This document shows positions 8,001 to 20,337 of a DNA stretch of 64,000 nt, one piece after another. The translations under genes and the position numbers were made by a program. The notes under the pieces are model-generated. The model was given only the letters and a program-made list of their open reading frames with translations. It was not told where the DNA came from and did not search any database. Where the stretch lies: the NCBI GenBank assembly GCA_051530055.1, contig CM121341.1, positions 6,054,784-6,118,783 of the forward strand, given 5' to 3'. Within the stretch, counting starts at the first letter, position 1. Every line of letters starts with the position of its first letter. The stretch is from Neoechinorhynchus agilis (Eukaryota > Animalia > Acanthocephala).

Positions 8001-11000
8001 ATGACGTCACAAAAATTTTTGATGACGTCGTCAAAAAGAAGAAAAAGAAGAAGAAAGAAGGTGAAGAAGAAGAAGAAGAAGAAGAAAGAGGAGAAGAAAG
8101 AGGAGAAGAAAGAGATGTAGAAAGTAGAAGAAAGAAGAAGGAGATGAATAACAAAGAAGAAGAAGAAAGAAGAAGAAGAAAGACGAAGGAGAAAGAAGAA
8201 GGAGGATAATAAGATCGAGAAGAAGAAGAATTATAACAAAGAAGAAGAAAGAAGAAGGAGAAAAAAGAAGAAGAAATAAGAAGAAAGAAGAAGAAGATTA
8301 ACAAAGAAGAAGAAAGTAGGAGGAGGAGAAGAAGGAGAATAAGAAAGAAGAAGGAGCTAGAAGAAGAAAGAAGGAGGAGAAGGAGAAGGAAGAGGAGGAG
8401 AAGAAGGAGAAAGAAGAAGAACAAGAAAGAAGAACAAAGAGGAAGGTGAAATAAGGAGAATGAATGAGAAGGAGAAGAAAGATGAAAAAAGAAGAAGAAA
8501 GAAGATGAAGAAGGAGAAAGAAAGAGAAAGAAGGAGAAGAAGAAAGAAGATGGAGAAAGAAAAAGGAGAAGAAGAAGAAAGAAGAATAAGAAAGAAGAAA
8601 TAAGGAGAAAGAATGAGAAGGAGAAAGATGAAAAAAGAAGATGAAGAAGGAGAAAGAAAGAGAAAGAAGGAGAAGAAGAAAGAAGAAGGAGAAGAAGAAA
8701 AAAGATGGAGAAAGAAGAAGGAAAAGAAAGAAGGAGAAATAGGAGAAGAAGAGATGACGTCACAAAAAATTTTGATGACGTCGTCAAAAAGAAGAAAGAA
8801 GGAGAAGAAGAAGAAAGAGGAGAAGAAGGAGATGTAGAAAGAAGAAGAAAGAAGAAGGAGAAGAATAACAAAGAAGAAAGACGAAGGAGAAAGAAGAAGG
8901 AGGATAAGGAGATCGAGAAGAAGAATGATAACAAAGAAGAAGAAAGAAGAAGGAGAAGGAGGAGAAGAAGGAGAAGGATAAGAAGAAGAAGAAGAAGAAG
9001 GAAGAAAGAAGAATGAGAAAGAAGAATGAGAAGGAATTGGAGAAAGAAGAAGGAAGAAGAAATAAGAATGAGAAAGAGGAAGAAAGAAGAAGAAGAGTAA
9101 GAAGAAGAAAGAAGAAGATAAAAGAAAGAAGGAGAAGAAGATGGAGAAGCAGTAGAAGAAAGAAGGAGAAAGAAGGAGAAAGAAGAAGGAAGGAGAAGGA
9201 GAAGAAGAAAGAAGAAGGAGATGGAGAAGAAGAAAGAAAGAGAAGAAAAAGGAGAAAGAAGAAGGAGAAAGAAAGAGAAGAAAAAGAAGAAAGAAGAAGG
9301 AGAAAGAAGGAGTAGAAGAAAGAAGAACGAGAAGATAGAAGAAGAAGATAGAAGAGGAAAGAAGGAGAAGAAAGAAGAAGAATAAGAAAGAAGAAATAAG
9401 GAGAAGAAATAAGAGGAAAAAAGAAGAAGAAAGACGAAGAAAGAAGAAAGAAGGAGAAAGAAGAAGAAAGAAAAAGCAGATAGAAGAAGAAAAAAGGAAT
9501 TCGAGAAAGAAGAAGGAAAAAGAAGAAATAAGGAGATAGAAGAAGAAAAAAGGAATAGGAGAAAGAAGAAGGAAGAAGAAATAAGAAGGAAAAAGAAGAA
9601 GAAGAAAGAAGAAGAGAGAAGAAGAAGAAAGAAGGAGAAGAAGAAGGAGAAAGAAGAAAGAAGAAGGAGAAACAAGAAGGAGAAGGAGAAGAAGAAACAA
9701 GAAGGAAGAAGAAGGAGAAAAAGGAGAAGGAGAAGAAGAAAGAAGAAGAATAAAGAAGAAGGAGAAAGACGAAGGAGAAAGAAGAAGGAGAATAAAGGAG
9801 AAAGAAGAACAAGAAAGAAGAAGAGGAAGAAGAAAGCAGGAGAAAGAAGAAGAAGGAAGAAGGTGAAGAAGAAAGGAGAAGGAGAAAAAGAAGAAGGAGA
9901 ACAAGAACAAGAAAGAAGAAGAAGAAAGAAGGTGAAATAAGGAGAAAGAATGAGAAGGAGAAGAAAGATGAAAAAGAAGAATAAAGAAGATGAAGAAGGA
10001 AAAAGAAATAGAAAGAAGGAGAAGAAGAAAGAAGAAGGAGAAGAAGAAAGATGGAGAAAGAAGAAGAAAGAAGGAGAAGAAGAGATGACGTCACAAAAAA
10101 ATCTGATGACGTCATCAAAAAGAAGAAATAAGAAGGAGAAAGAGGAAGAAGGAGAAAGAGGAAGAAAGAGAAAGAGGAAGAAGAGAAGAAGAAAGAAGAA
10201 AGAAGAAGAAAGAAGAAGGTGAAGAAGAAGGAAGAAGGTGAAGAAGAAAGATGAAGGAGAAAAAGAAGAAAATGCAGAAGCAAGAAGAAAGAAGAAGGAG
10301 AAAGAAGAAGGAGAAAGAAGAAGAACAAGAAAGAAGAAGAAGAAAGAAGAAGGTGCAATAAGGAGAAAGAATGAGAAGGAGAAGAAGAAAGAAGAATAAG
10401 AAAGAAATAAGGAGATAGAATGAGAAGGAGAAAGATGAAAAAAGAAGATGAAGGAGAAAGAAAGAGAAAGAAGGAGAAGGAGAAGAAGAAAGAAGAAAAA
10501 GACGAAGGAGAAAGAAGGAGAAGGAGAAAGAAGGAGAAGAAGAAAGAAGATGGAGAAAGAATAAGGAAAAGAAAGAAGGAGGAGAAGGAGAAGGAGAAGA
10601 AGGAGATCGAGAAGAAGAAGAATGATAACAAAGAAGAAGAAAGAAGAAGGAGGAGGAGAAGAAGGAGAAGAAGAAAGAGGATAGAAGAAGAAGGAAGAAA
10701 GAAGAAGGAGAAAGAAGAAGAAATAAGAAGGAGAAAAAGAAAGAAGAAGAAGAAAGAAGAATAAGAAAGAAATAAGGAGATAGAATGGGAAGGAGAAGAA
10801 AGAAGAAGGTGAAATAAGGAGAAAGAATTAGAAGTAGAAGAAAGATGAAAAAAGAAGAAGAATAAAGAAGATGAAGAAGGATAAAGAAGGAGAAGAAGAA
10901 AGAATGAGAAGGAGAAGAAAGATGAAAAAAGAAGAAGAATAAAGAAGATGAAGAAGGAGAAGAAGAAAGAAGGAGAAGAAGAAGGAGAAGAATAACAAAA

Positions 11001-14000
11001 AAGAAGAAAGAAGAAGAAAGAAAAAGGAGATAGAAGAAGAAAAAATTAATTGGAGAAAGAAGGAAGAAGACGAAATAAGAAGGAGAAAGAGGAAGAAGAA
11101 GAAGAAAGAAGAAGAAGAAAGAAGAAAGAAGAAGGAAGAAGAAAGAAGAAGGTGAAGAAGAAGAAAGCAGAAGGAGAAAAAGAAGAAGATGGAGAAGCAA
11201 GAAGAAAGAAGAAGGAGAAAGGAGAAGAAGAACAAGAAAGAAGAAGAAGAAGAAGAAAGAAGAAGTTGAAATAAGGAGAAAGGATGAGAAGGAGAAGAAG
11301 AAAGAAGAAGTAGATTAACAAAGAAGAAGAAAGTAGGAGGAGGAGAAGAAGGAGAATAAGAAGAAAGAAGAAGGAGCTAGAAGAAGAAAGAAGGAGGAGA
11401 AGGGGAAGGAGAAGAAGAAGAAAGAGAAAGGAGAAGAAGAAAGAAGAAGGAAAAGAAAGAAGAAGGAGGAGAAGGAGAAGGAAGAGGAGGAGAAGAAGAA
11501 GGAGAAGGAAGAAGAATGAGAATTGGAAAGAAGAAGAAGAAAGAAGGAGAAAGAAAGAAGAAGAAAGAAAGAAGAAGAAGAAAGAAGAAAAAGAAAGTAG
11601 AAGTAAGAAGAAGGAGAAGGAAGAAGGAGAAAAAAGAAGAAGAAATAAGAAGGAAGAAGAGGCAAGAAGAAGGAGAAGAAGAAGAAAGAAGAAAAAGAAG
11701 AAGGAGAAGGAAGAAGAAAGAAGAAGGAGAAAGAAGAAGAACAAGAAAGAAGAACAAAGAGGAAGGTGAAATAAGGAGAATGAATGAGAAGGAGAAGAAA
11801 GATGAAAAAAGAAGAAGAAAGAAGATGAAGAAGGAGAAAGAAAGAGAAAGAAGGAGAAGAAGAAAGAAGAAGGAGAAGGAAAGAAAAGGAAGAAAAGGAA
11901 GAAGAGAAAGAGGGGGGGAGAGGGAAGAAAAAGAAGAAGAAGGAGAAGAAGGAGAGAGAAGGAAAGAAGGGAGAAGAAGAAGAAGAAAGAAGGAGGAGAA
12001 GAAGAAAGAAGAATAAGAAGAAGAAATAAGAAGAAAGAAGGAGAAAGAGAAGAAAGAAGAAGAAAGAAGAAGAAGAAGAAGAAGGAGAAGGAGAAAGAGA
12101 AGAAGAAAGAAGGAGAAGGAGAAAGAAGAAGGAGAAGAAAGAAGGAGAAGAAGAAAGAAGATGGAGAAAGAAGAAGGAGAAGAAGAAGAAAGAAGGAGGA
12201 AAAGGAGAAGAAGAAGGAGAAATAGAAGGAGAAGAAGAGATGACGTCACAAAAAATGAAGAAAAAGAAAAAAGAAGAAGAAAGAAGAGAAGAAGTAGAAA
12301 GAAGAAGAAAGAAGAAGGAGAAGAAAAAAAGAAGAAAGAAGAAGAAAGAAAAAGGAGATAGAAGAAGAAAAAAGAAGGAGAAAGAAGAAGAAGAGAAAGA
12401 AGGAGAAAGAGAAGAAGAAAAGAAGAAGAAGAAGAAGGAAGAAGAAAGAAGAAGGGAAGAAGAAGAAGGAAGAAGGAAGAAGAAGAAAGGAGAAGGAGAA
12501 AAAAGATGGAGAAGAAGAAGAAAGAAGAAGAGAAAGAAGAAAGGAGAAGAAGAAAGAAAAGAAGAAGAAGAAGAAAGAAGAAGAAATAAGGAGAAAGAAG
12601 AGAAGGAGAGAAGAAAGAAGAAAAAGGAGAAGAATGAGAAGGAGAAAGATAAAAAGAAGAAGAAAGAAGATGAAGAAGGAGAAAGAAAGAGAAAGAAGGA
12701 GAAGAAGAAAGAAGAAGAAAGAAGAAAGAAGAAGGAGAAAAGAAGGGAGAGAAATTTGATGACGTCGTCAAAAAGAAGAAAAGAAGAAGAAAGAAGGGAA
12801 GAAGAAGAAGAAGAAGAAGAAAGAGGAGAAGAAAGAGGAGAAGAAAGAGATGTAGAAAGAAGAAGAAAGAAGAAGGAGAAGAATAACAAAGAAGAAGAGA
12901 CGAAGGAGAAAGAAGAAGGAGGATAAGGAGATCGAGAAGAAGAAGTGATAACAAAGAAGAAGAAAGAAGAAGGAGAAGAATAAAAGAAGAAAGAGAAGGA
13001 GAAAGAAGAAGGAGGATAAGGAGATCGAGAAGGAGAAGAAGAAGGAAGAAAGAAGAATGAGAAAGAAGAATGAGAAGGAATTGGAGAAAGAAGAAGGAAG
13101 AAGAAATAAGGAGAAAGAGGAAGAAAGAAGAAGAAGTAAGAAGAAGAAAGAAGAAGATAAAAGAAAGAAGAAGAGAAGAAGATGGAGAAGCAGTAGAAGA
13201 AAGAAGGAGAAAGAAGGAGAAAGAAGAAGGAAGGAGAAGAAAGAAGAAGGAGATGGAGAAGAAGAAAGAAAGAGAAGAAAAAGGAGAAAGAAGAAGGAGA
13301 AAGAAAGAGAAGAAAAAGAAGAAAGAAGAAGGAGAAAGAAGGAGTAGAAGAAAGAAGAACGAGAAGATAGAAGAAAGAAGAGGAAAGAAGGAGAAGAAAG
13401 AAGAAGAATAAGAAAGAAGAAATAAGGAGAAGAAATAAGAGGAAAAAAGAAGAAGAAAGACGAAGAAAGAAGAAAGAAGGAGAAAGAAGAAGAAAGAAAA
13501 AGCAGATAGAAGAAGAAAAAAGGAATTCGAGAAAGAAGAAGGAAAAAGAAGAAATAAGGAGATAGAAGAAGAAAAAAGGAATAGGAGAAAGAAGAAGGAA
13601 GAAGAAATAAGAAGGAAAAAGAAGAAGAAGAAAGAAGAAGAGAGAAGAAGAAGAAAGAAGGAGAAGAAGAAGGAGAAAGAAGAAAGAAGAAGGAGAAACA
13701 AGAAGGAGAAGGAGAAGAAGAAACAAGAAGGAAGAAGAAGGAGAAAAAAGGAGAAGGAGAAGAAGAAAGAAGAAGAATAAAGAAGGAGAAAGACGAAGGA
13801 GAAAGAAGAAGGAGAATGAAGGAGAAAGAAGAACAAGAAAGAAGAAGAGGAAGAAGAAAGCAGGAGAAAGAAGAAGAAGGAAGAAGGTGAAGAAGAAAGG
13901 AGAAGGAGAAAAAGAAGGAGAACAAGAACAAGAAAGAAGAAGAAGAAAGAAGGTGAAATAAGGAGAAAGAATGAGAAGGAGAAGAAAGATGAAAAAGAAG

Positions 14001-17000
14001 AATAAAGAAGATGAAGAAGGAAAAAGAAATAGAAAGAAGGAGAAGAAGAAAGAAGAAGGAGAAGAAGAAAGATGGAGAAAGAAGAAGAAAGAAGGAGAAG
14101 AAGAGATGACGTCACAAAAAAATCTGATGACGTCATCAAAAAGAAGAAATAAGAAGGAGAAAGAGGAAGAAGGAGAAAGAGGAAGAAAGAGGAAGAAGAA
14201 AGAAGAAAGAAGAAGAAAGAAGAAGGTGAAGAAGAAGGAAGAAGGTGAAGAAGAAAGATGAAGGAGAAAAAGAAGAAAATGCAGAAGCAAGAAGAAAGAA
14301 GAAGGAGAAAGAAGAAGGAGAAAGAAGAAGAACAAGAAAGAAGAAGAAGAAAGAAGAAGAAGAAAGAAGAAGAAGAAAGAAGAATAAGAAAGAAATAAGG
14401 AGATAGAATGAGAAGGAGAAAGATGAAAAAAGAAGATGAAGGAGAAAGAAAGAGAAAGAAGGAGAAGGAGAAGAAGAAAGAAGAAGAAAAAGACGAAGGA
14501 GAAAGAAGGAGAAGAAGAAAGAAGATGGAGAAAGAATAAGGAAAAGAAAGAAGGAGGAGAAGGAGAAGGAGAAGAAGGAGATCGAGAAGAAGAAGAATGA
14601 TAACAAAGAAGAAGAAAGAAGAAGGAGAAGGAGGAGGAGAAGAAGGAGAAGAAGAAAGAGGATAGAAGAAGAAGGAAGAAAGAAGAAGGAGAAAGAAGAA
14701 GAAATAAGAAGGAGAAAAAGAAAGAAGAAGAAGAAAGAAGAATAAGAAAGAAATAAGGAGATAGAATGGGAAGGAGAAGAAAGAAGAAGGTGAAATAAGG
14801 AGAAAGAATTAGAAGTAGAAGAAAGATGAAAAAAGAAGAAGAATAAAGAAGATGAAGAAGGATAAAGAAGGAGAAGAAGAAAGAATGAGAAGGAGAAGAA
14901 AGATGAAAAAAGAAGAAGAATAAAGAAGATGAAGAAGGAGAAGAAGAAAGAAGGAGAAGAAGAAAGAAGATGGAGAAAGAAGAAGAAGGAGAAGAAGAAA
15001 GAAGGAGGAGAAGGAGAAAAAAGAAGGAGAAATAGAAGAATAGATGACGTCACAAAAAATCTGATGGCGTCATCAAAAAGAAGAAAAAAGAAGAAGAAAG
15101 AAGGAGAAGTAGAAAGAAGAAGAAAGAAGAAGGAGAAGAATAACAAAAAAAGAAGAAAGAAGAAGAAAGAAAAAGGAGATAGAAGAAGAAAAAATTAATT
15201 GGAGAAAGAAGGAAGAAGACGAAATAAGAAGGAGAAAGAGGAAGAAGAAGAAGAAAGAAGAAGAAGAAAGAAGAAAGAAGAAGGAAGAAGAAAGAAGAAG
15301 GTGAAGAAGAAGAAAGCAGAAGGAGAAAAAGAAGAAGATGGAGAAGCAAGAAGAAAGAAGAAGGAGAAAGGAGAAGAAGAACAAGAAAGAAGAAGAAGAA
15401 GAAGAAGAAAGAAGAAGTTGAAATAAGGAGAAAGGATGAGAAGGAGAAGAAGAAAGAAGAATAAGAAAGAAATAAGGAGATAGAATGAGAAGGAGAAAGA
15501 TGAAAAAAGAAGAAGAAAGAAGATGAAGGAGAAAGAAAGAGAAAGAAGGAGAAGGATAAGAAGAAGAAAGAAAAAGGAGATAGAAGAAGAAAGAAGATGG
15601 AGAAAGAAGAAGCAAAAGAAAGAAGGAGAAATAGGAGAAGAAGAGATGACGTCACAAAAAATTTTGATGACGTCGTCAAAAAGAAGAAAAAGAAGAAAGA
15701 AGGAGAAGAAGAAGAAAGAGGAGAAGAAATAGATGTAGAAGGAAGAAGAAAGAAGAAGGAGAAGAATAACAAAGAAGAATAAGAAAGACGAAGGAGAAAG
15801 AAGAAGGAGGATCAGGAGATCGAGAAGAAGAAGAATGATAACAAAGAAGAAGGAAGAAGAAGGAGGAGAAGAAGAAGGAAGAAAGAAGAAGGAGAAAGAA
15901 GAATGAGAAGGAATTGGAGAAAGAAGAAGGAAGAAGAAATAAGAAGGAGAAAGAGGAAGAAAGAAGAAGAAGAAGAAGTAAGAAGAAGAAAGAAGAAGAT
16001 AAAAGAAAGAAGGAGGAGAAGATGGAGAAGCAGTAGAAGAAAGAAGGAGAAAGAAGGAGAAAGAAGAAAGAAGGAGAATAAGAAAGTAGAAGGAGAAGAA
16101 GAAGGAAGAAGGAGAAAGAAAGAGAAGAAGAAGAAGAAAGAAGAAGGAGAAAGAAGTAGTAGAAGAAAGAAGAACAAGAAGATAGAAGAAGAAGAAGAAA
16201 GAAGAAGAAAGAAGAAAGAAGAGGAAAGAAGAAGGAGAAGAAAGAAGAAGGAGAAGAAAGAAGCAGAAGAAAGAGCAACAAGAAGAAAGAGGGAGGAGAA
16301 GGGGAAGAAGAAGAAAGAAGACGAAGGAAGAAAGAAGAAGGAGAAGGAATTGGAGAAGGAAGAAGAAATAAGAAGGAGAAAGAGGAAGAAAGAAGAAAGA
16401 AGAAGAAGTAAGAAGAAGAAAGAAAGAAGAAATGAGAAGAAGAAAGACGAAGGAGAAAGAAGAAGAAGAAGAAAGAAGAAGGAGAAAGAAAGAAGAAGAA
16501 AGAAGAAGAAGAAAGAAGGAGTAGATTAACAAAGAAGAAGAAAGTAGGAGGAGGAGAAGAAGGAGAATAAGAAGAAAGAAGAAGGAGCTAGAAGAAGAAA
16601 GAAGGAGGAGAAGGGGAAGGAGAAGAAGAAGAAAGAGAAAGGAGAAGAAGAAAGAAGAAGGAAAAGAAAGAAGAAGGAGGAGAAGGAGAAGGAAGAGGAG
16701 GAGAAGAAGAAGGAGAAGGAAGAAGAATGAGAATTGGAAAGAAGAAGAAGAAAGAAGGAGAAAGAAAGAAGAAGAAAGAAAGAAGAAGAAGAAAGAAGAA
16801 AAAGAAAGTAGAAGTAAGAAGAAGGAGAAGGAAGAAGGAGAAAAAAGAAGAAGAAATAAGAAGGAAGAAGAGGCAAGAAGAAGGAGAAGAAGAAGAAAGA
16901 AGAAAGAAGAAAAAGAAGAAGAAGGAGAAGGAAGAAGAAAGAAGAAGGAGAAAGAAGAAGAACAAGAAAGAAGAACAAAGAGGAAGGTGAAATAAGGAGA

Positions 17001-20000
17001 ATGAATGAGAAGGAGAAGAAAGATGAAAAAAGAAGAAGAAAGAAGATGAAGAAGGAGAAAGAAAGAGAAAGAAGGAGAAGAAGAAAGAAGATGGAGAAAG
17101 AAAAAGGAGAAGAAGAAGAAAGAAGAATAAGAAAGAAGAAATAAGGAGAAAGAATGAGAAGGAGAAAGATGAAAAAAGAAGATGAAGAAGGAGAAAGAAA
17201 GAGAAAGAAGGAGAAGAAGAGAGAAGAAGGAGAAGAAGAAAAAAGATGGAGAAAGAAGAAGGAAAAGAAAGAAGGAGAAATAGGAGAAGAAGAGATGACG
17301 TCACAAAAAATTTTGATGACGTCGTCAAAAAGAAGAAAAAGAAGAAGAAAGAAGGAGAAGAAGAAGAAAGAGGAGAAGAAGGAGATGTAGAAAGAAGAAG
17401 AAAGAAGAAGGAGAAGAATAACAAAGAAGAAAGACGAAGGAGAAAGAAGAAGGAGGATAAGGAGATCGAGAAGAAGAAGAAGAAGGAAGAAAGAAGAATG
17501 AGAAAGAAGAATGAGAAGGAAGGAGAAAGAAGAAGGAAGAAGAAATAAGGAGAAAGAGGAAGAAAGAAGAAGAAGTAAGAAGAAGAAAGAAGAAGATAAA
17601 AGAAAGAAGAAAGAAGAAGAAGATGGAGAAGCGGTAGAAGAAAGAAGGAGAAAGAAGGAGAAAGAAGAAGGAAGGAGAAGGAGAAGAAGAAAGAAGAAGG
17701 AGATAGAAGAAGAAAGAAAGAGAAGAAAAAGGAGAAAGAAGAAGGAGAAAGAAAGAGAAGAAAAAGAAGAAAGAAGAAGGAGAAAGAAGGAGTAGAAGAA
17801 AGAAGAAGAGAAGATAGAAGAAGAAGAAGAAGAGGAAAGAAGGAGAAGAAAGAAGAAGAATAAGAAAGAAGAAATAAGGAGAAGAAATAAGAGGAAAAAA
17901 GAAGAAGAAAGACGAAGAAAGAAGAAAGAAGGAGAAAGAAGAAGAAAGAAAAAGAGATAGAAGAAGAAAAAAGGAATTGAGAAAGAAGAAGGAAAAAGAA
18001 GAAGGAGAAAGAAGAAAAAAGGAATTGGAGAAAGAAGAAGGAAGAAGAAATAAGAAGGAGAAAGAGGAAGAAAGAAGAAGAAGAAGAAGAAAGAAGATAA
18101 AAGAAAGAAGGAGAAGAAGATGGAGAAGCAGTAGAAGAAAGAAGGAGAAAAGGAGAAAGAAGAAAGAAGGAGAAGAAAGAAGAAGGAGAGAGAAGAAGAA
18201 GGAGAAAGAAAGAGAAGAAGAAGAAAGAAGAAGGAGAAAGAAGAGTAGAAGAAAGAAGAACAAGAAGATAGAAGAAGAAGAAGAGAAGAAGAAGAAAGAA
18301 GAGGAAGGAAGAAGGAGAAGAAGAAAGAGAAGAAAGAATCAGAAGAAAGAGCAACAAGAAGAAAGAGGGAGGAGAAGGGGAAGGAGAAGAAGAAGAAAGA
18401 AGAAAGAAGACGAAGGAAGAAAGAAGAAGGAGAAGGAATTGGAGAAGGAAGAAGAAATAAGAAGGAGAAAGAGGAAGAAAGAAGTAAGAAGAAGAAGAAA
18501 GAAAGAAGAAATGAGAAGAAGAAGAAAGACGAAGGAGAAAGAAGAGGAAGAAGAAAGAAGAAGGAGAAAGAAAGAAAAAGAAGAAGAAAGAAGGAGTAGA
18601 TTAACAAAGAAGAAGAAAGTAGGAGGAGGAGAAGGAGAAAAGAAGAAAGAAGAAGGAGCAGAAGAAGAAAGAAGGAGGAGAAGGAGAAGGAAAGAAGAAG
18701 AAAGAAAAAGGAGAAGAAGAAGAAAGAAGATGGAGAAAGAAGAAGGAAAAGAAAGAAGGAGAAATAGGAGAAGAAGAGATGACGTCACAAAAAATTTTGA
18801 TGACGTCGTCAAAAAGAAGAAGAAGAAGAAAGAGGAGAAGAAAGAGATGTAGAAGGAAGAAGAAAGAAGAAGGAGAAGAATAACAAAGAAGAAAAGAAAG
18901 ACGAAGGAGAAAGAAGAAGGAGGATAAGAAGATCGAGAAGAAGAAGAATGATAACAAAGAAGAAGAAAGAAGAAGGAGAAGGAGGAGAAGAAGGAGAAGA
19001 AGAAGGAAGGAAGAAAGAAGAATGAGAAAGAAGAATGAGAAGGAATTGGAGAAAGAAGAAGGAAGAAGAAATAAGAAGGAGAAAGAGGAAGAAAGAAGAA
19101 GAAGTAAGAAGAAGAAAGAAGAAGATAAAAGAAAGAAGAAAGAAGAAGAAGATGAAGCAGTAGAAGAAAGAAGGAGAAAGAAGGAGAAAGAAGAAGGAAG
19201 GAGAAGAAGAAAGAAGAAGGAGATGGAGAAGAAGGAGAAAGAAAGAGAAGAAAAAGGAGAAAGAAGAAGGAGAAAGAAAGAGAAGAAGAAAGAAGAAAGA
19301 GTAGAAGAAAGAAGAGGAAAGAAGGAGAAGAAAGAAGAAGAATAAGAAAGAAGAAATAAGGAGAAGAAATAAGAGGAAAAAAGAAGAAGAAAGACGAAGA
19401 AAGAAGAAAGAAGGAGAAAGAAGAAGAAAGAAAAAGGAGATAGAAGAAGAAAAAAGGAATTCGAGAAAGAAGGAAAAAGAAGAAATAAGGAGAAAGAGGA
19501 AGAAGAATATGAAGAAGTAAGAGGAAGAAGAAAGAAGAAGACGAAAGAAGAAGAAGAAAGAAGAAAAAGGAAAAGAAGAAAGAAGGGGAAAGAAGAAAAA
19601 GAAAGAAGAAGGGGAACTAAGAAGGAGAAAGAAGGTGAAGAAGAAGGAGAAGCAAGAAGAAGCGGAAAGAAGAAGAAAGAAGAAGGAGAAGAATAACAAA
19701 GAAGGAGAAGAAGGAGAAGAAGAAGAAGAAAGAAAAAGGAGATAGAAGAAGAAAAAAGGAATAGGAGAAAGAAGAAGGAAGAAGAAATTAGAAGGAAAAA
19801 GAAGAAGAAGAAAGAAGAAGAGAGAAGAAGAAGAAGAAAGAAGAAGGAGAAGAAGGAGAAGGAGAAAGAAGAAAGAAGAAGGAGAAGGAGAAGAAGAAAC
19901 AAGAAGGAGAAGGAGAAGAAGAAACAAGAATGAGATGGAGAAGAAGAATAAGAAAGAAAGAGGAGACGAAGAAGATAGAAGAAGGAGAAAGAAGGAGTTG

Positions 20001-20337
20001 AAGAAAGAAGAAGAACAAGAAGATAGAAGAAGAACAAGAAGATAGAGGAAGTAGAAGAAAGAAAATGGAGGAAGAAGTAGAACAAAGAAGAAGAAGAAGA
20101 AAGAAGAAGAAGGCTGGAGAAGAAGAAGGAAGAAGAACGAGAATTAGAAAGAAGGAGAATAAGAAAGAAGGAGAAAGACGAAGGAGAAAGAAGAAGGAGA
20201 AGGAAGGAGAAAGAAGAACAAGAAAGAAGAAGAGGAAGAAGAAAGCAGGAGAAAAAAGAAGAAGGAAGAAGGTGAAGAAGAAAGGAGAAGGAGAAAAAGA
20301 AGAAGGAGGAGAAGAAGAACAAGAAGAAAGAAGGTGA
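5081..20337 (+). repeat. ~15.3-kb polypurine low-complexity satellite (GAA/GGA/AAAG mosaic) with internal segmental duplications
   Basis: The plus strand is almost only A and G. The few pyrimidines sit in recurring landmark words (GAAATAAGGAG, GAATGAGAAGGAATTGGAG, GAGATCGAG, GGAATTCGAG, GTAGATTAACAAAG, TGACGTCA). Confidence 0.96.
7441..18812. repeat. Dispersed two-unit remnants of the 21-bp minisatellite inside the purine tract (9 complete and 1 split)
   Basis: GATGACGTCACAAAAAA(T/A)(T/C)TGATGACGTCRTCAAAAAG-type cassettes. The first TGACGTCA of each is at 7441, 8002, 8755, 10086, 14107, 15045, 15647, 17296 and 18780. Half-cassettes are at 12241 and 12760. Confidence 0.88.

Noticed and set aside
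5081-20337. Purine tract as a nanopore mis-basecall of telomeric repeat (known CCCTAA to CTTCTT-type error)
   Set aside because: The tract is internal, and it contains reproducible kb-scale duplications and precise TGACGTCA cassettes that a basecalling error should not create. It still needs confirmation with an orthogonal technology.
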